64,000 nucleotides of DNA from Octopus sinensis (taxonomy: Eukaryota): contig NC_042997.1 in the NCBI RefSeq assembly GCF_006345805.1, positions 60,388,001 through 60,452,000 of the forward strand. The letters run 5' to 3'. Of this stretch, positions 63,076 through 64,000 are shown in pieces; the first letter of the stretch is position 1; each line of letters begins with the position of its first letter. The translations under genes and the position numbers were made by a program. The notes beneath the pieces are model-generated. The model was given only the letters and a program-made list of their open reading frames with translations, was not told the origin of the DNA and made no database searches.

Positions 63076-63384
63076 AAAAAAAAAAGTATTTGTAGCAGGT
63101 CAAGTAATTACGTAAGGGTTTCCTTTGTGCGTCATTCTTCTGCAAGATAAAGTTGCTCATGAGTTGTTTCCCTTCTACAAGTAAGCGGTGTTAAAGAAAA
63201 AGATTCCCAGCAAAATGAATTCTTAAATATATGTGAAATTAAAGATCCCACAGATAATAATTGTGATAATTCTTAAAACTGTGAAAATTGAAAATAACCA
63301 ATATAAACTAAAATTAAAGAATAAATCTTCTAGCGATAATGATATTATAACATTGAGCGTATAGATTCTTCTAAATGGCTTAAC

Positions 63385-63475
63385 TCCCTTGAGCACAGAA
63401 AATCGCCGGTCTTTCCTTCGGAAATTGTCGCGCATAAGAAGCAAGTGATCAGAAAGAAGGATCCCCAAACGCAAC
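63385..63475 (+). promoter_or_regulatory. CpG-enriched putative promoter/5' UTR
   Basis: Local CpG cluster (tcgccgg, ttcggaa, gtcgcgc) in AT-rich surroundings, directly upstream of the ATG. Confidence 0.4.
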
Positions 63476-63628
63476 ATGCCGAAGGCTAAAAAGGGTAAAA
63501 AGAAAGATGATGACGATTGGTATGATACTGCCGCCGAAAAACGGATTGAAGAACAAATGAAAGCTTTAGGTTTGTCTAAAGAGGATCGTGATGAAGACAC
63601 GGATTACACAGCTGGCTCGACCAAGAAG
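63476..63628 (+). CDS. First coding exon of a host gene (lysine/acidic N-terminus; resembles ABCF1- or eIF5B-type N-termini, unresolved)
   Basis: gcaacATG context, 51 codons MPKAKKGKKKDDDDWYDTAAEKRIEEQMKALGLSKEDRDEDTDYTAGSTKK, and a phase-0 donor aag|gtatta at 63629. The gene continues beyond the window. Confidence 0.75.
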
Positions 63629-64000
63629 GTATTAAAATTCTGATACACACTATATCACAAATCTAAAGATACGCGCCACTTCTTATAATCAGAACATTTA
63701 CGACAGATGAGTTGTTTACACTTACTAAATACTTCTAGACTTTAGCAAAAACATTCATGAAATATATTACACTTGTGATTTAATACGAATTGTCTGGTTG
63801 TCAGCCATGTCAGTCTTAAATACGAACAAAATTATATCCTATTTGCATTTACATGTAGTCACACACACATATACACTCGCACGCACACAATGATCAGTCC
63901 ATATGTTTGTTAGGTTAGTTTTAAAATTCCTTAGTACTTGAATCAATTCCGTAGGAACAAATTTCAAACTGTTGGAAAATATATTTAAAATAGCAATAAC

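Noticed and set aside
63223-63600. 125 aa minus-strand ORF
   Set aside because: Antisense shadow of the plus-strand first exon.

Overview
AT-rich, microsatellite- and SINE-dense eukaryotic DNA. Repeat content suggests an octopus genome (inference from recalled repeat families, not a database hit). It is almost entirely intergenic or intronic. Most ORF-track entries are translations of microsatellites or antisense shadows. The one convincing host-gene feature is a first coding exon at the right edge (63476-63628). Recognisable transposon remnants: three Penelope-like element (PLE) fragments, two R4/Dong-type RLE-LINE pieces, two RTE pieces, a Chapaev3-type transposase, a mariner plus its own MITE, a hAT-Charlie MITE, a foldback MITE, Helentron-type non-autonomous elements and about 25 tRNA-derived SINE copies. 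Two signals stand out. (1) Two diverged ~1.8 kb ORF1-only retro-like elements sit side by side in the 3' subterminal motif of one Helentron-type element. Each has its own target-site duplication and a putative 5' leader intron. (2) Several type I hammerhead ribozyme motifs occur in different contexts: the tail of a tRNA-headed SINE, the 3' end of a GIY-YIG PLE, and both arms of a perfect 183 bp inverted repeat. All homology calls come from motif recognition by eye; no searches or folding programs were run.
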